From Podarcis tiliguerta (Eukaryota), in NCBI GenBank assembly GCA_965153285.1, contig OZ229113.1: a stretch of 64,000 nt of DNA. One strand, given 5' to 3'. The notes beneath the pieces were generated by a model, which saw only the letters and a program-made list of their open reading frames with translations, made no database searches and had not been told where the DNA came from. Below are positions 1 through 11,000 of this stretch, in pieces (the stretch's first letter is position 1; every line of letters starts with the position of its first letter). The position numbers were made by a program, and so were the translations under genes.

Positions 1-596
1 AATTTCTGGTGGGGTGTGGATACCTAAAGAAGGGCATCAGGCAGTTATATGCAAGAGAACATGACCCTTCCAAACAGTGCTTAGCTTGCTTGGCAGTGCA
101 TAGGAATAGACCCTTTCCTCAGTATGATTGTACGTTATGCTGTGCCAACATTGGGACCATATGTCAGAGCCACTTCAGAGGCTATTGTCACCGCTGCTGT
201 GCCAGTGATGGCTTATTGCTGCACAGGGTTGGGTATAAAGACTTCTTGAGAGTGCAGCAGACGACCTGTGGATGGCTCTTGTGGCAAAGATCGCAACAGC
301 TAAAATTCTGGTAGGATTGAAGTATCTCATACATCTGGTACAAAAAAGAATAACCACACCCACCTTTTCTGGTGGTATTCTGGAGATGGGAAGAACTTCT
401 CCAAAGCCATGTCATCCATCATTTTGTTGCAATGCAAATTAATTTACCTGCACACTCCCCCAGATTGTGCTACCGCGAGCTGCACTGTTTAGAATTGGAT
501 TTTTGAATATGCACAGTAGTATTCTGTGTGTGTAGGTATACATATCTTAAAAAAGGAAAATAGGGAGAACACAAAGGCCTTAAACTCATCTTGCAG

Positions 597-757
597 GATT
601 GGAAGAGAAATGCAATGAGCTGATGATGCTGAAATTTGGCCGATTAGTGAACTTGGAAGCCCTGCAGACTCTTTCAGTTAACACAAATCTGGAAGAACTC
701 AAAATGAAGATGATGGAAAAAGAGCAAACTCATGCAGCAGAATTAAGAAAATGGGAG
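597..757 (+). CDS. CFAP44: CFAP44 (WDR52) third-to-last coding exon; gene enters from left of window
   Basis: ttgcag|GA acceptor, GAG|gtaaga donor. Reads LEEKCNELMMLKFGRLVNLEALQTLSVNTNLEELKMKMMEKEQTHAAELRKWE, a coiled-coil matching the CFAP44 C-terminus. BOC-CFAP44 tail-to-tail synteny is known in amniotes. Confidence 0.9.
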
Positions 758-2512
758 GTAAGACTTGTTCTAAATCACATTGTGATGCAGCCAGGTGGCC
801 TGCAAGTGTGATCAGGGGGTAGGGCTGGATAATAGACATATAACATGAGGATTTCCTATACGAAAATTGCCTTTTAGTCAGGAAAGAGCAAACACTGGTT
901 AGGAGGCAGGAGGCAATGTGGTAATTGCATCTTCATTATTTAGAAGATACACTTGTCAAGCAAGGAGCAAGATATCCTGGACAAGTATCACACAAAGGAA
1001 GGGTATATTAGTTATCCAAATGCTCAGTCTGGAAAATCATGTATGCAGTGCTATGAAAATGTTTCCTGGCATGTCAGAACCATATAACTGCTATAATCTA
1101 ATAACCCCCCCCCTTTTTTTTTACTATGTATTCCACCCATCCTAGAATTTAGGAGAACAAGAATGTGCAGTGAATTATTCTTGCTTGCTGTCCCAAAACT
1201 GTAGAACACCCTTACCCTGAAGTCTTATCAGATCATCCGTCAGAAGCTCAATTCAGGACACTCTTTCAAAAAATGGGATAGCTTTAAAGGGAGGGATCGT
1301 TTATCTTATATTTTGGTACTGTGCCCTTTCTGTTAGGAAGCCTGCAGAATTTACTTCGGTGCGTCTGTGCAAAGACTGAGACAAAACTACCCTCTCCACA
1401 CCAAACCACTTTCAATATATAATTTAGCCCACCATCTTTGGCCCCTGATAGGGGATCACAAGGGCCATAGGAAGCACTGGATCTCCTGCCCTGAAGTCGG
1501 AGAGAGCTATCCAATGTTTAATTCCCCTTTCTGCAGTCCTGGCCCACCAGTGTCAGCTCCAAGATCAGTAGGGGTTATGTCAGGGGTGGATTGGCAGCAT
1601 GCCCTGAATAGACATGACGAAGGCTGTGATGTGAGGTCCCCCCAAGATACCCTCATACAGGATATTGAACTAAGCCAGCTCGAGGGGTGTAGCTCAGTCC
1701 CAGTTATTTCACTCCCCTTGTTTCTGGTGAGTGGGGAGGTTGTTTTTTTAAAGAACACCCAGAAAAATGAAGGACCTTTACTTCCAACCTGCTGGCAAGA
1801 GCCCAGCACAGTATTTTATTATGTATAAAAAGATTTTGGTCCTGCCTTCTGCTGCCTGTGCAACACTCAGGAGGGTAGCTGACAACCGTTTAAAATTGCA
1901 AGGTCTGTAACATGTTCATGGTGTTTGCAGAAACACATTTCCTCCTCGTTATCAGATGCCAACAGGTTTTTTGTGGCATTGAATGAGGTTTGTTGGAACT
2001 AATCAGAAACCTGGTGAGTTGCTAACCCAGGAACTCCTCTACTGCAGAGATTAAGAGAGACGGAGTTTATATGCAAAACTCCAAGCCCTCAAATCTAGGA
2101 TTTGTAATTCGAGTGTAATCACAAGCACTTGCAAGGTTCCTTACTTATTGCTGTTATTTTCTTTGCACAAGTAGAGTGTGGTAGCCCAACTAATGTCTGG
2201 AGGGCTAATAATTTATCCAGGGCAGTGAGATCCAGAGGACAGTGGGAGCCAGTTTTGCTAAGGCAATGCTCCTGTTAACTCAAAACTGCTAATGGGGATG
2301 ATTTTTGTTTTCGGTTAGTAGGCAAAAAAACTGATGACAGCCAAGGTTAAACAGCTCTTCAAGCCATGTGTCCCTCTTCTCCCCATCCTCCCCCAGCTGT
2401 TCTTTGACCTGTTGGCTGCTACTACTCTGGCTCTGTAGCTCCCAGACCATGGCATTCTCATAGTTCTGCTTTCATATTTTTATCACTCCAGCAAATCTTT
2501 GCTCTGTTGCAG

Positions 2513-2647
2513 GATAAAATTGTTGACCTGCGTCAAGAGTTGATGATGGTGACGCAAGAAAATACTGGCAAACTGAAGCAAATGAACACATTTTGTATGG
2601 AGAAGATGACACTTGAAACTAAGTTGGACGCACTACAGAATAACCTG
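2513..2647 (+). CDS. CFAP44: CFAP44 penultimate coding exon
   Basis: ttgcag|GAT ... CTG|gtatgt; 135 nt, phase 0/0; DKIVDLRQELMMVTQENTGKLKQMNTFCMEKMTLETKLDALQNNL (not in ORF track). Confidence 0.9.
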
Positions 2648-3029
2648 GTATGTGCTGCTTTGATCACTTGTTCCTGACTAGCAAGCCAAATAAACTTTTT
2701 TCTCGGGCTGCTTTAGAGGTTATAACTGTAAACTGACCCTACTAGCTGCTGTCCTACCTAGGGAGGGTGTTGTTTGTGTTCAATAACCTGATCCACATTT
2801 TCTCTGTGGTTTATTCCTTGTATTGAATATGTGCCTGCATTTAAATCACATTGGGTGAGAGGAATGACACAAGCCAATCACCAGAGAAAGTAATTTGCCC
2901 AACATCCAGAAAGGAGTGAGGTCCTTGGTAGCATTACGGTCAAACGTGTTGTAAGTGTTCTGTACCTGGAGTCTATAAGTAATTGTTTCGTCTGTGATTG
3001 AGGGCAGTTTTGGGCTTTTGTTTCTTCAG

Positions 3030-3215
3030 GGAGCAGAATTCCAAGGGCCTCGCAAATCAGATATTGAGGAGAAGGAGAAGCTGATTGCATTGGTCCAGTT
3101 ACAAGCCCAAGAAGCTGAGGTCCTGAAAGAAGAAATCACTCTCCTAAGCAGGAAGGATGGCCGCATCTTTCCACCATCTCAGCCTGGATATCCTCAAGGT
3201 GGGATGCTGGATTAA
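3030..3215 (+). CDS. CFAP44: CFAP44 terminal coding exon
   Basis: tttcttcag|GGA; GAEFQGPRKSDIEEKEKLIALVQLQAQEAEVLKEEITLLSRKDGRIFPPSQPGYPQGGMLD-TAA, resembling the recalled human end (FQGPR...LIQLQAE...LKEEIALLRRKG...PP). Confidence 0.9.
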   Translation, partial: GAEFQGPRKSDIEEKEKLIALVQLQAQEAEVLKEEITLLSRKDGRIFPPSQPGYPQGGMLD

Positions 3216-3829
3216 ATCCTTTTCATGTCGTTCCCTTGTTCTCATTTTTTATGCATATCAGTCTTACTGCATGAGAATAATTAGCAAGCTAGCCCTTGAG
3301 ATTTAAGTTTCATATGATGTGTCCTGGTCTTAAGGCTCTTCCCCTTTTGACAGAAATTCTGGACCTTTTAATAGCATAGGCCAGGCAGAATGTTAAAACT
3401 TTTCCTTGCCTTCAGTGATTTGATACATTGATGGGAGAAAGTTGCAGCTCTTGAATTTGTCTTTCATATGGCTGTTAAAGGCACAAGAGGCACTATTAAG
3501 AAAATAGTAGCAACCCCATCTATCTCTCATTTACTTAGAGTACACCATTGGCTTTGGGCACATGGGGACATGGTGTTGGTCAACCCAGGTAGCCTGGCCA
3601 AATGGTCAGGGTTGATGAAGGCCGACATCTGGAGGGCACAATTAACTATGCTGTCTTAAAGTCTTCAAATAGATGTTTTACTTCCTGATCCAATTATATG
3701 CAAGATCAGGCACAATGGATATGCAGACTTGTCCTCCTAATCGGGCAATTAGTATCTTGATGCAGATGTGTCTCCATATCTGTACTTTCAACCTGGTATT
3801 GTGTTGTTGATAAATACTTAGAGATTGAC

Positions 3830-3835
3830 AATAAA
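3830..3835 (+). terminator. Candidate proximal CFAP44 polyadenylation signal (AATAAA)
   Basis: AATAAA about 615 nt after the stop, followed by GT/T-rich ttgttctgatgtc. Alternatives at 4045-4050 and 4330-4335. Confidence 0.45.
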
Positions 3836-4329
3836 ATCTGAGTCAATATAGCAATTGTTCTGATGTCCTCATTCAGCCCTGCAGCTGTTCACCTTATACT
3901 TTGTACTGAACTCAGCAAGCACATTATTTGAAGCATTCTCAGCTTTTTATATATACCGGGGTGTGTATGTCTAGCATTGATTGATTTACTTTTAAAAACA
4001 TTTCTGTGCCAGACTCTGACTTCAAAGGGAAGCTATTACTAAGAAATAAAAGGTCTCCGTCTGCTCCAGTAGATATTCATGATGCTTAATGAAATGGTTA
4101 TAGGTAAAAACCATGTCCTAGATGACTCATCTTCCTATAGACTAGAAGCTGATCACATTAATACCCCTAAATTTGCACTGAAACCAGAAGCTTAAAATGT
4201 TTCATTTTGAGTGCTAAACTTTCTTCCTTAGTGTCCATTACCTTAATGAGGTGTCTGTTTGGTGAAAAATGAATGCTAAGGGGACTGTAACATGAGGAAA
4301 GGAGGCTTTACCTAAGTATAAGGAACCTA

Positions 4330-4335
4330 AATAAA
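4330..4335 (+). terminator. Candidate distal CFAP44 polyadenylation signal (AATAAA)
   Basis: AATAAA with T-rich gtctttatttacttg about 25 nt downstream. Confidence 0.35.
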
Positions 4336-4360
4336 GTTCAGTCAAAGGGAAGAAACAGTC

Positions 4361-4366
4361 TTTATT
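4361..4366 (-). terminator. Candidate BOC polyadenylation signal (AATAAA on -)
   Basis: tttatt on +; first canonical hexamer I found after the BOC stop (about 470 nt), with T-rich sequence downstream on -. Confidence 0.6.
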
Positions 4367-4737
4367 TACTTGATGAAGCATGGCATTGGTTTCATTATAT
4401 AGGCACACTATCACAGAATCTGTGCTTGTATATATTGCTTGTTAATGCAGATAAATATGGTACCTACTTTATATCTGTTTTCCTTTGGCATTCTGCAATG
4501 AGATTCCTCCTGCTGGGAGGCAAGTAAAGACCCTTTCCCATAATCTCACCATTTAGAGACACCTTCTTGCAGCTGGAGAATGCAGCTCTTGCCCTTGTGC
4601 TTATTCTGTCGCTGAGAGTGGGAAGCTGCCCTTTCCAAGTCGTGATCTGATGGAAGTACATGCTGTTGCCTCAGTTTATCACCTCTTGCGCATGATGCCA
4701 TTTCTTTCAGCGTAATTATAGAAGGCAGATACACATC

Positions 4738-4800
4738 TATTTACAAGTGCATAAATATATAAATAGAGATGTAATACAAAAATAAATAACCCTTTTTCTG
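4738..4800 (-). promoter_or_regulatory. BOC 3'UTR AU-rich block with Pumilio element (UGUAAAUA at 4745-4738)
   Basis: Minus strand reads TTATTTATTTTTGTATTACATCTCTATTTATATATTTATGCACTTGTAAATAG; exact match to UGUANAUA plus several UAUUUAU. Confidence 0.5.
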
Positions 4801-4832
4801 TTTAGAATAGTCTTTGTAAGGCAATTAGTTCC

Positions 4833-5014
4833 CTAACTGGTGCCAGGAAGTGTCTCTAAGGGAACATGCAGTGGCAGGCTGTTCAGATGCTTCTCTGTGC
4901 TTCCGGCCAAACAAGTGTCCCCTGTGTTTGGGGGCCACACTTGCCGTTCATCTTGGCAGAAATCTGTCCTCTCTACGTCTTCAACTGGTACTAGACCAAG
5001 GCAGCAGGCAGAAT
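4833..5014 (-). CDS. BOC: BOC coding exon 18 (C-terminus)
   Basis: ttcccag|AT; [21 protein letters not shown]...[12 protein letters not shown]. Confidence 0.92.
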
Positions 5015-8000
5015 CTGGGAAGACAAGGAAGGACAATGAAAGTGTGGCCTTGGTCAGATACCACTATTCTTCAAAACACTTTGAAAGGAATTCACTATGA
5101 AAATCCACCAAAAGAGCTTAAATCCCTGCTCTGGAGATCTTCCAGAAGGGTTACTACAATTTGTCAGATAGCAAGCTATGATTGTATTACTGAAAATATT
5201 AAAAAATGAAGTGACATATACTGAAATGCTAGGAGTTTCTAGTAAAAGTGATGCCAGTGGAAAATGTCTGCAAATTCTGCCAATTACTGATAAATTCTCA
5301 AATATCACCAATTAATGACAAGTTTCTACTCTGATTTATTCCATTTGCCAGCAAAAGGCATATCAGTTAATGCCAAGTAAGCCTTTGGTAATTGTTTTTG
5401 ACATTTCAGGCCTGAGCTACACTGTTATTTCATGCAGTCATTTCTGTGACAGTAACACAAAAATGATTGTGTGAAAGAAGCCTGCATTAGTATAAAATAC
5501 TTGACATTTTCCAAATCAAAATTCACTCTCTGACATTTACTGAAATTGATATAGATGCGTGCAGTTTTGGGTTGGAGGCACAGCAATGTCATTGAAAAGT
5601 TGAATATGCTCCAGTTGGATCTATTGGCTCTATCTTTCTAGGCCGTATATTTCAAATGCTTGAACATTAGTTTCTGTATATGCCACCATATATAACTTGC
5701 AAATAATGCAGAACTTTAACTGAATAGAAAGTCCATGCCTACCATTCTCTCTGCTTTTCACATCAAGGTCCTGCCCTAGATTTAGAAAGCAGCAACTTTC
5801 CTCCAAAGGTTAATGCATAGCAAGCAACAGCAGCAAAAATCTCCTTTTATGGTTTATGTCCCACTGACCTGTATGGAAGACAGGATCCTTCATGATTTCC
5901 TTAGTGGAGTTGCCCATTTTGCCTTGCGGCACAGAGTGACACAGGTCAAGGTATTGTTCACGATGATGGCAATTGTCATGTTGCTGAAGCAGCTGGTGTG
6001 TGGAGTCATCTGGAAGCCCATAGAGAAAAGAATTCTGATCTGGTCCAGGACTAGGTGACCTAAGTTGCAGAGAAAAAGCAGTTTGAGGACATCATCTTCA
6101 ATTATCCTCTGATTAACTTCCTCATATACAAATTAATTGAAGAAACAAAAAGGACACAGTTTGGCAGAGTTCATACGTTCATTTCCATGCTCATTGTTCT
6201 AGGTTCCAGTAGGATATAATCTCACATAACAATATAGCATGCAATTTCAATTGTGTTGTGATTACTGAGCATTACATTTCACAGAGGTTATCAAGAGGAT
6301 GAGGTTGCCATGTATTTTGGAGCAGACAGTGACTAGGTATGATAGGTGATTGATTTTGGTGGGTTAAGGTACGGTTAACTAGGTGGGGTAACGATCATGA
6401 GCTATGACGAAGGCAGGAGAGAAGAATTGTGGGGCTATATCTCACTAAATTGCTGAGACATGTTTGGATAATTACCTATTAGATCATTAATCTGATTCTG
6501 AGATGTTCTTTAATCTGCAGTGAGCCTATACACACACACAGGCCTGCTACCATAAAATACATTTGTTTTGTCTGCCTCAGTTTAAAAGCAATTAGTGAAT
6601 CAGTCCTACTGTGCCATCAGTACCATGAAATTAAAGGACTTCCGATTTCACTTCTATAAAACTTTAAGGGAACAGATTGCTGAACAAAACGTGGTATGAG
6701 CTTTGATTTTTTACGGCCCTAATGAAAATAATCTTGCATGACAGAAATAATAATAATAAATTTTATTCTGTGAGGATTGCCAAAGGAGGGAATCAGGCTG
6801 TGTCCTGGCCAAAGGGCTGCTGGAACAGCTGTCTTGCAGGCCCTGCGGAAAGATGTCAAGTCCCGCAGGGCCCTGGTCTCTTGTGACAGAGCGTTCCACC
6901 AGATCGGAGCTACAGCCGAAAAAGCCCTGGCTCTGGTTGAGGCCAGCCTAACCTCTCTGTGGCCTGGGATCTTCAAGATGTTTTTGTTTGAAGACCGTAA
7001 GTTCCTCTGTGGGACATACCAGGAGAGGCGGTCCCGTAGGTACGAGACATGCTGACATAAGAGGTGTTTCCATTATTTCTGTGACATTATATTGCCATTA
7101 CACATGAAGCCTGATGGCTAGAGTCATACCTCTGGTGTTCAGCTGGAATATTTCCATTTTGCAGCACCCTCCCCTGCAGAAACGCATTGGTTCCATTCTG
7201 CTGAGAATAAAAAAATTAATTAGAAAAAGAAAAATCTAGAAGATAATTAAAGAGTCTAGATTCCAAAGCCAAGGCATGGGATTATGCCAAAAGAGTTCAG
7301 CTTTAGATATTAAGAACCATTACTGCTTCTAGGATTATAAAAATTGAGCTGCTTTAGGGAACTGGACTCTACATTGACCCAGAACCATAGGATTACAGTG
7401 GTACCTCTGGATGTGAACGGGGTCCGTTCTGGAGCCCTGTTCACATCCTGAAGAGAACACAACCTGCGTCTGCGCGTGCTACAATTCGCCATGTCTGCAC
7501 ATGCGCGTGACGTCATTTTGAGCATCTGCGCATGTGCGAGCAGCAAAACCCAGAAGTAACACAACCCGAAAACGCTCAACCCGAAGCTACTTTAACCTGA
7601 GGTATGACTGTACTGCTTCTCTGGATCTTTGCATACAAATGGCTTCTGAAACCTGTTTCTGTGGCTGTGGGGAATTTATGAACTGCATTTTAAAGGATGT
7701 GATGCTTTAAAATGTTCATTAATAACCAGTTAGATGCTCAAATGCTATTTATTCTGTCATATTCAGAATCTATAGGTTCAAAATTTTCCGCTTGTCCAAA
7801 AGACCTAAAAACAAGGCTGACCTCTCCAGGTTTACATTCTGGGAGAAAGGCTTCTAACACCTTTGCATCTGCCCCCAGAGGCAGTGGTTGTAAGGAACAC
7901 TGGCAACAGTCCAATGAAGAAACCGTAGCGTATGAGGAACTTAACATCTGGCTGATTCAGCCGCCATTTCCAAATGTGAAGATTCAGCTGCAGAGTGGCA

Positions 8001-11000
8001 ACTGGAACAGTGGATGCTAGGGGAAAGCTTATATAAATAGTATAGCTGCCCTGCCATAATTTATTGCATTTTAAATATATTGTAAATTAAGCTGAAAACT
8101 TTGGTTAGTCAGCAGGGTATATAATCTCTAAATAAATTTTAGTCTGGGAACTGAAGTTTCTGGCAAAGCATTTTCCTTCCTCTTCTGCCTCCTGAGGCAG
8201 AAACAGAACACTAGGCATTGGGCGCTGCAATGAGCCATTATTCAGGGCAAGGAGATAAAGAAGTCACTCAACACCCCCTGCTGTTGCTAAATAAATTTAC
8301 CTGTTGAACCTCATCTGGGCTGTAATCCTGTGACTTTGCATTGGGATATCCAATTGTAGCTGAGGGGAAATGGCCATTGGCTCCCTGGTGTGCTGGCAGA
8401 TGCACGCCATTTGCATAGCGCAGCCCATTAGCTCGAGGAGTGGAGACCCCTTGCAGGGGCACCATGGTGTACTGGCAAGAGGACACCAGCAGCCCTGCAC
8501 CAGGAAAACCCAGATCTATGCTCTGCTCTGAAATGACAAAATAATATACATGTTAAAGACTGAACACAGACATAACATGAGCTGCTGCTATAACTGGAAA
8601 CACTGCAGACATAGCCATTGGGGAAGACAAAGAAACAGGAAAAAACATTCTGAGTACAGTATAGAATATCTTTGGGCCTTGGTTATGAGTGGGCTTTTGA
8701 AGGCCACAGAGCCAATTCAGACAGTTATGTTCATGAAATGACTTTGGGAAGTCAGAATTTAATCGCATGCACATGTGAAGTTATTTGAGGACGAGTTATT
8801 CACGCAACATTTCCTGTGAATAGGAATATCATGAAATTGGGTTGGTTTCCCTAATTATAGCCCATAACCTCCAAAGTTGTGTGTGTGCCCTTTGTTTCAG
8901 AGTTACAGGTACCTTTTGTTAAAGTCACTTACTCTGCTTGGACCAAGCCCTCCAAAGGCAAAATGGAATGAATGCCACAATGATGAGAACGATGGAGCCC
9001 AGCACCACCCCTACAATCAAGTATGGCAGATCACTGGAGCGAGCCACCATGGCCCCTGCCCCTAAGAAATTATGGCCACTGTTGGGTGGGGGGTGATGTA
9101 TCGTAGATACTGTAGATGGTGGGAGGTGACCAGGCATGCCTGCAGATTTGCGAGCTTCAAGAGAAAGAAAAGCATAGTTAAGATCTTTACACAGCCTCCA
9201 TGCCCACCCCAATTTTTCAGTCTCAACATGGTTCTCTCAATGTATTATTATTATTATTATTATTATTATATTAAATTTCTATACCATCCTTCATCCAAGG
9301 ATCACATAAAAATGCACAACGTAGTAATAAACAAAATACTCCCGCCCCGATTTAAAAGGCCATAGCCTGTTTAAGCAATCAAAGGCCTGAGAAAAGAGAG
9401 GTGTTTTTCCTAGCACCTAAAAATATGTAGCGAAGGTGCAAGGCAGCCTCCACATATTGCAGCTTCTTCATAGTTTATGAACCTAGTTTGGATTCATTGC
9501 TCAGCCCATTTTTGCCTCTTGCTCTGCCCAATGCTGGCACATGGCCTCCATAAGTTGGCTCAGAAGGGAATGGGAGGAAAAAGGTTCCCCACTCCTGACT
9601 TACTGCATAATATCCAGTTGAGTCACTTTTTTCACCAATGGGGGGACTTATACCTAGCCTTCAAATTCTGCAGTTAATGAATGGATTTTTATCACCAGAA
9701 CTCCTCCCTTTCCTTAGTTTCATATTATTTGCTCTCCTTATCAATTTCTCACATGTATCTTACAATCACCCATGGATAATATATTTCTAAACTTCCTGAT
9801 CTCTTCACAAGCTTATTCATATTGCAAAGTGGAGGAGGAGCATCTGAGACACCTGAATATAGCGCTGGACTAGTTACCTTTGGTTTCACACATCATCACA
9901 TTACTGAATTCACTCTCCCCACCCTCGTTGAAGCACTGCATCTTAATGTCATATGAAGTCTCTGGCTGGAGGTGGCTGATAGAATGCCAGTACCGGTCAC
10001 CTGAATAGGAAGCAACATACACACAAGTGTCACTTTCCTTTTATTCTATCCCAATGCCATAAACGGATCACTGTATTATCACACAGCAATATAGACATGG
10101 GACAGTTAACAGCAAACACAAATTTCCCCCCACACTTGCTGGGAAATGCCTATTATTATTATTTCAATTTATATACCACCCTTTATCAAAAGATCCCAGT
10201 GTGGTGTACAACTTTAACAACACATTTCAGATCACCAATAATAAAAATCATAACAATAGACAGCATAATAAAGCAATCATAATAACAACTCATAGATTAT
10301 TTAATAGTCAAAGGCCTGGTTGAAGAGAAGAGGAATGCTTTTGCCTGGTGCCTAAAGACATGTAATGAAGGTGCCAGGCGAGCCTCTCTGGGGAGAGCAT
10401 TCCACAGTTGGGGAGCTACCACAGGAAAGGCCCCTTCTTGTGTTGCCACCCTCTGAACCTCTCAGGGAGGGGGACATAGTAGTGAAAGGGCTTCTGTATC
10501 GCTGTGACTAGTCAGAAGTACAGTAGCTGAATCTTCACACCACCCAGCCAAGAGGCCTTTCCTCTCAACGAAAATGATTTGTTTATTATATTTACATCCT
10601 TCTGTTGTTCCAAGGAGCTCAATGGCTCCCTATCTCATTTTTATCTTCACAGCAACCCAGACAGCTTCAACTGAGAAGCCCTTTTCATATAAATACTTTG
10701 CAGTGGGGGACTCAGAACACTCTTTTCTTTTTTTTTATCCCAGAGGTTTCCTTGCAAAAAGTTGCTCTTTAAAGTTGGAGTGCAACAAATGGCGATTTGG
10801 GTTTTACGCAGATTGGCATTTGCTCCGAATTCAGCTTTAAAGAGCGAGTTTTCATGAGGAAAGCTCCAGGGTAAAAAAGGGCACTTGGATATGGAGCTTT
10901 AAAGTGCAGACTGTGCCTGGGAAAAGGACAGAAAAGCTAAGTGTGGATAAGCCCTCAGTAGACTATTTGGGGCAATTAACATTTGGGATCCAACCAGCTG

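Noticed and set aside
9-415. Overlapping short ORFs at the window start
   Set aside because: No recognisable protein motif or matching splice phase; this is CFAP44 intron.
620-634. CTGATGA-tgct-GAAA hammerhead-like core
   Set aside because: No room for stem II, no flanking stems, and fully explained by CFAP44 codons (LMMLK).
1367-1828. 153-aa ORF as an independent gene or in-frame CFAP44 exon
   Set aside because: Non-ATG start, no homology I recognise, and a frame incompatible with the phase-0 upstream exon; kept only as a poison-exon candidate.
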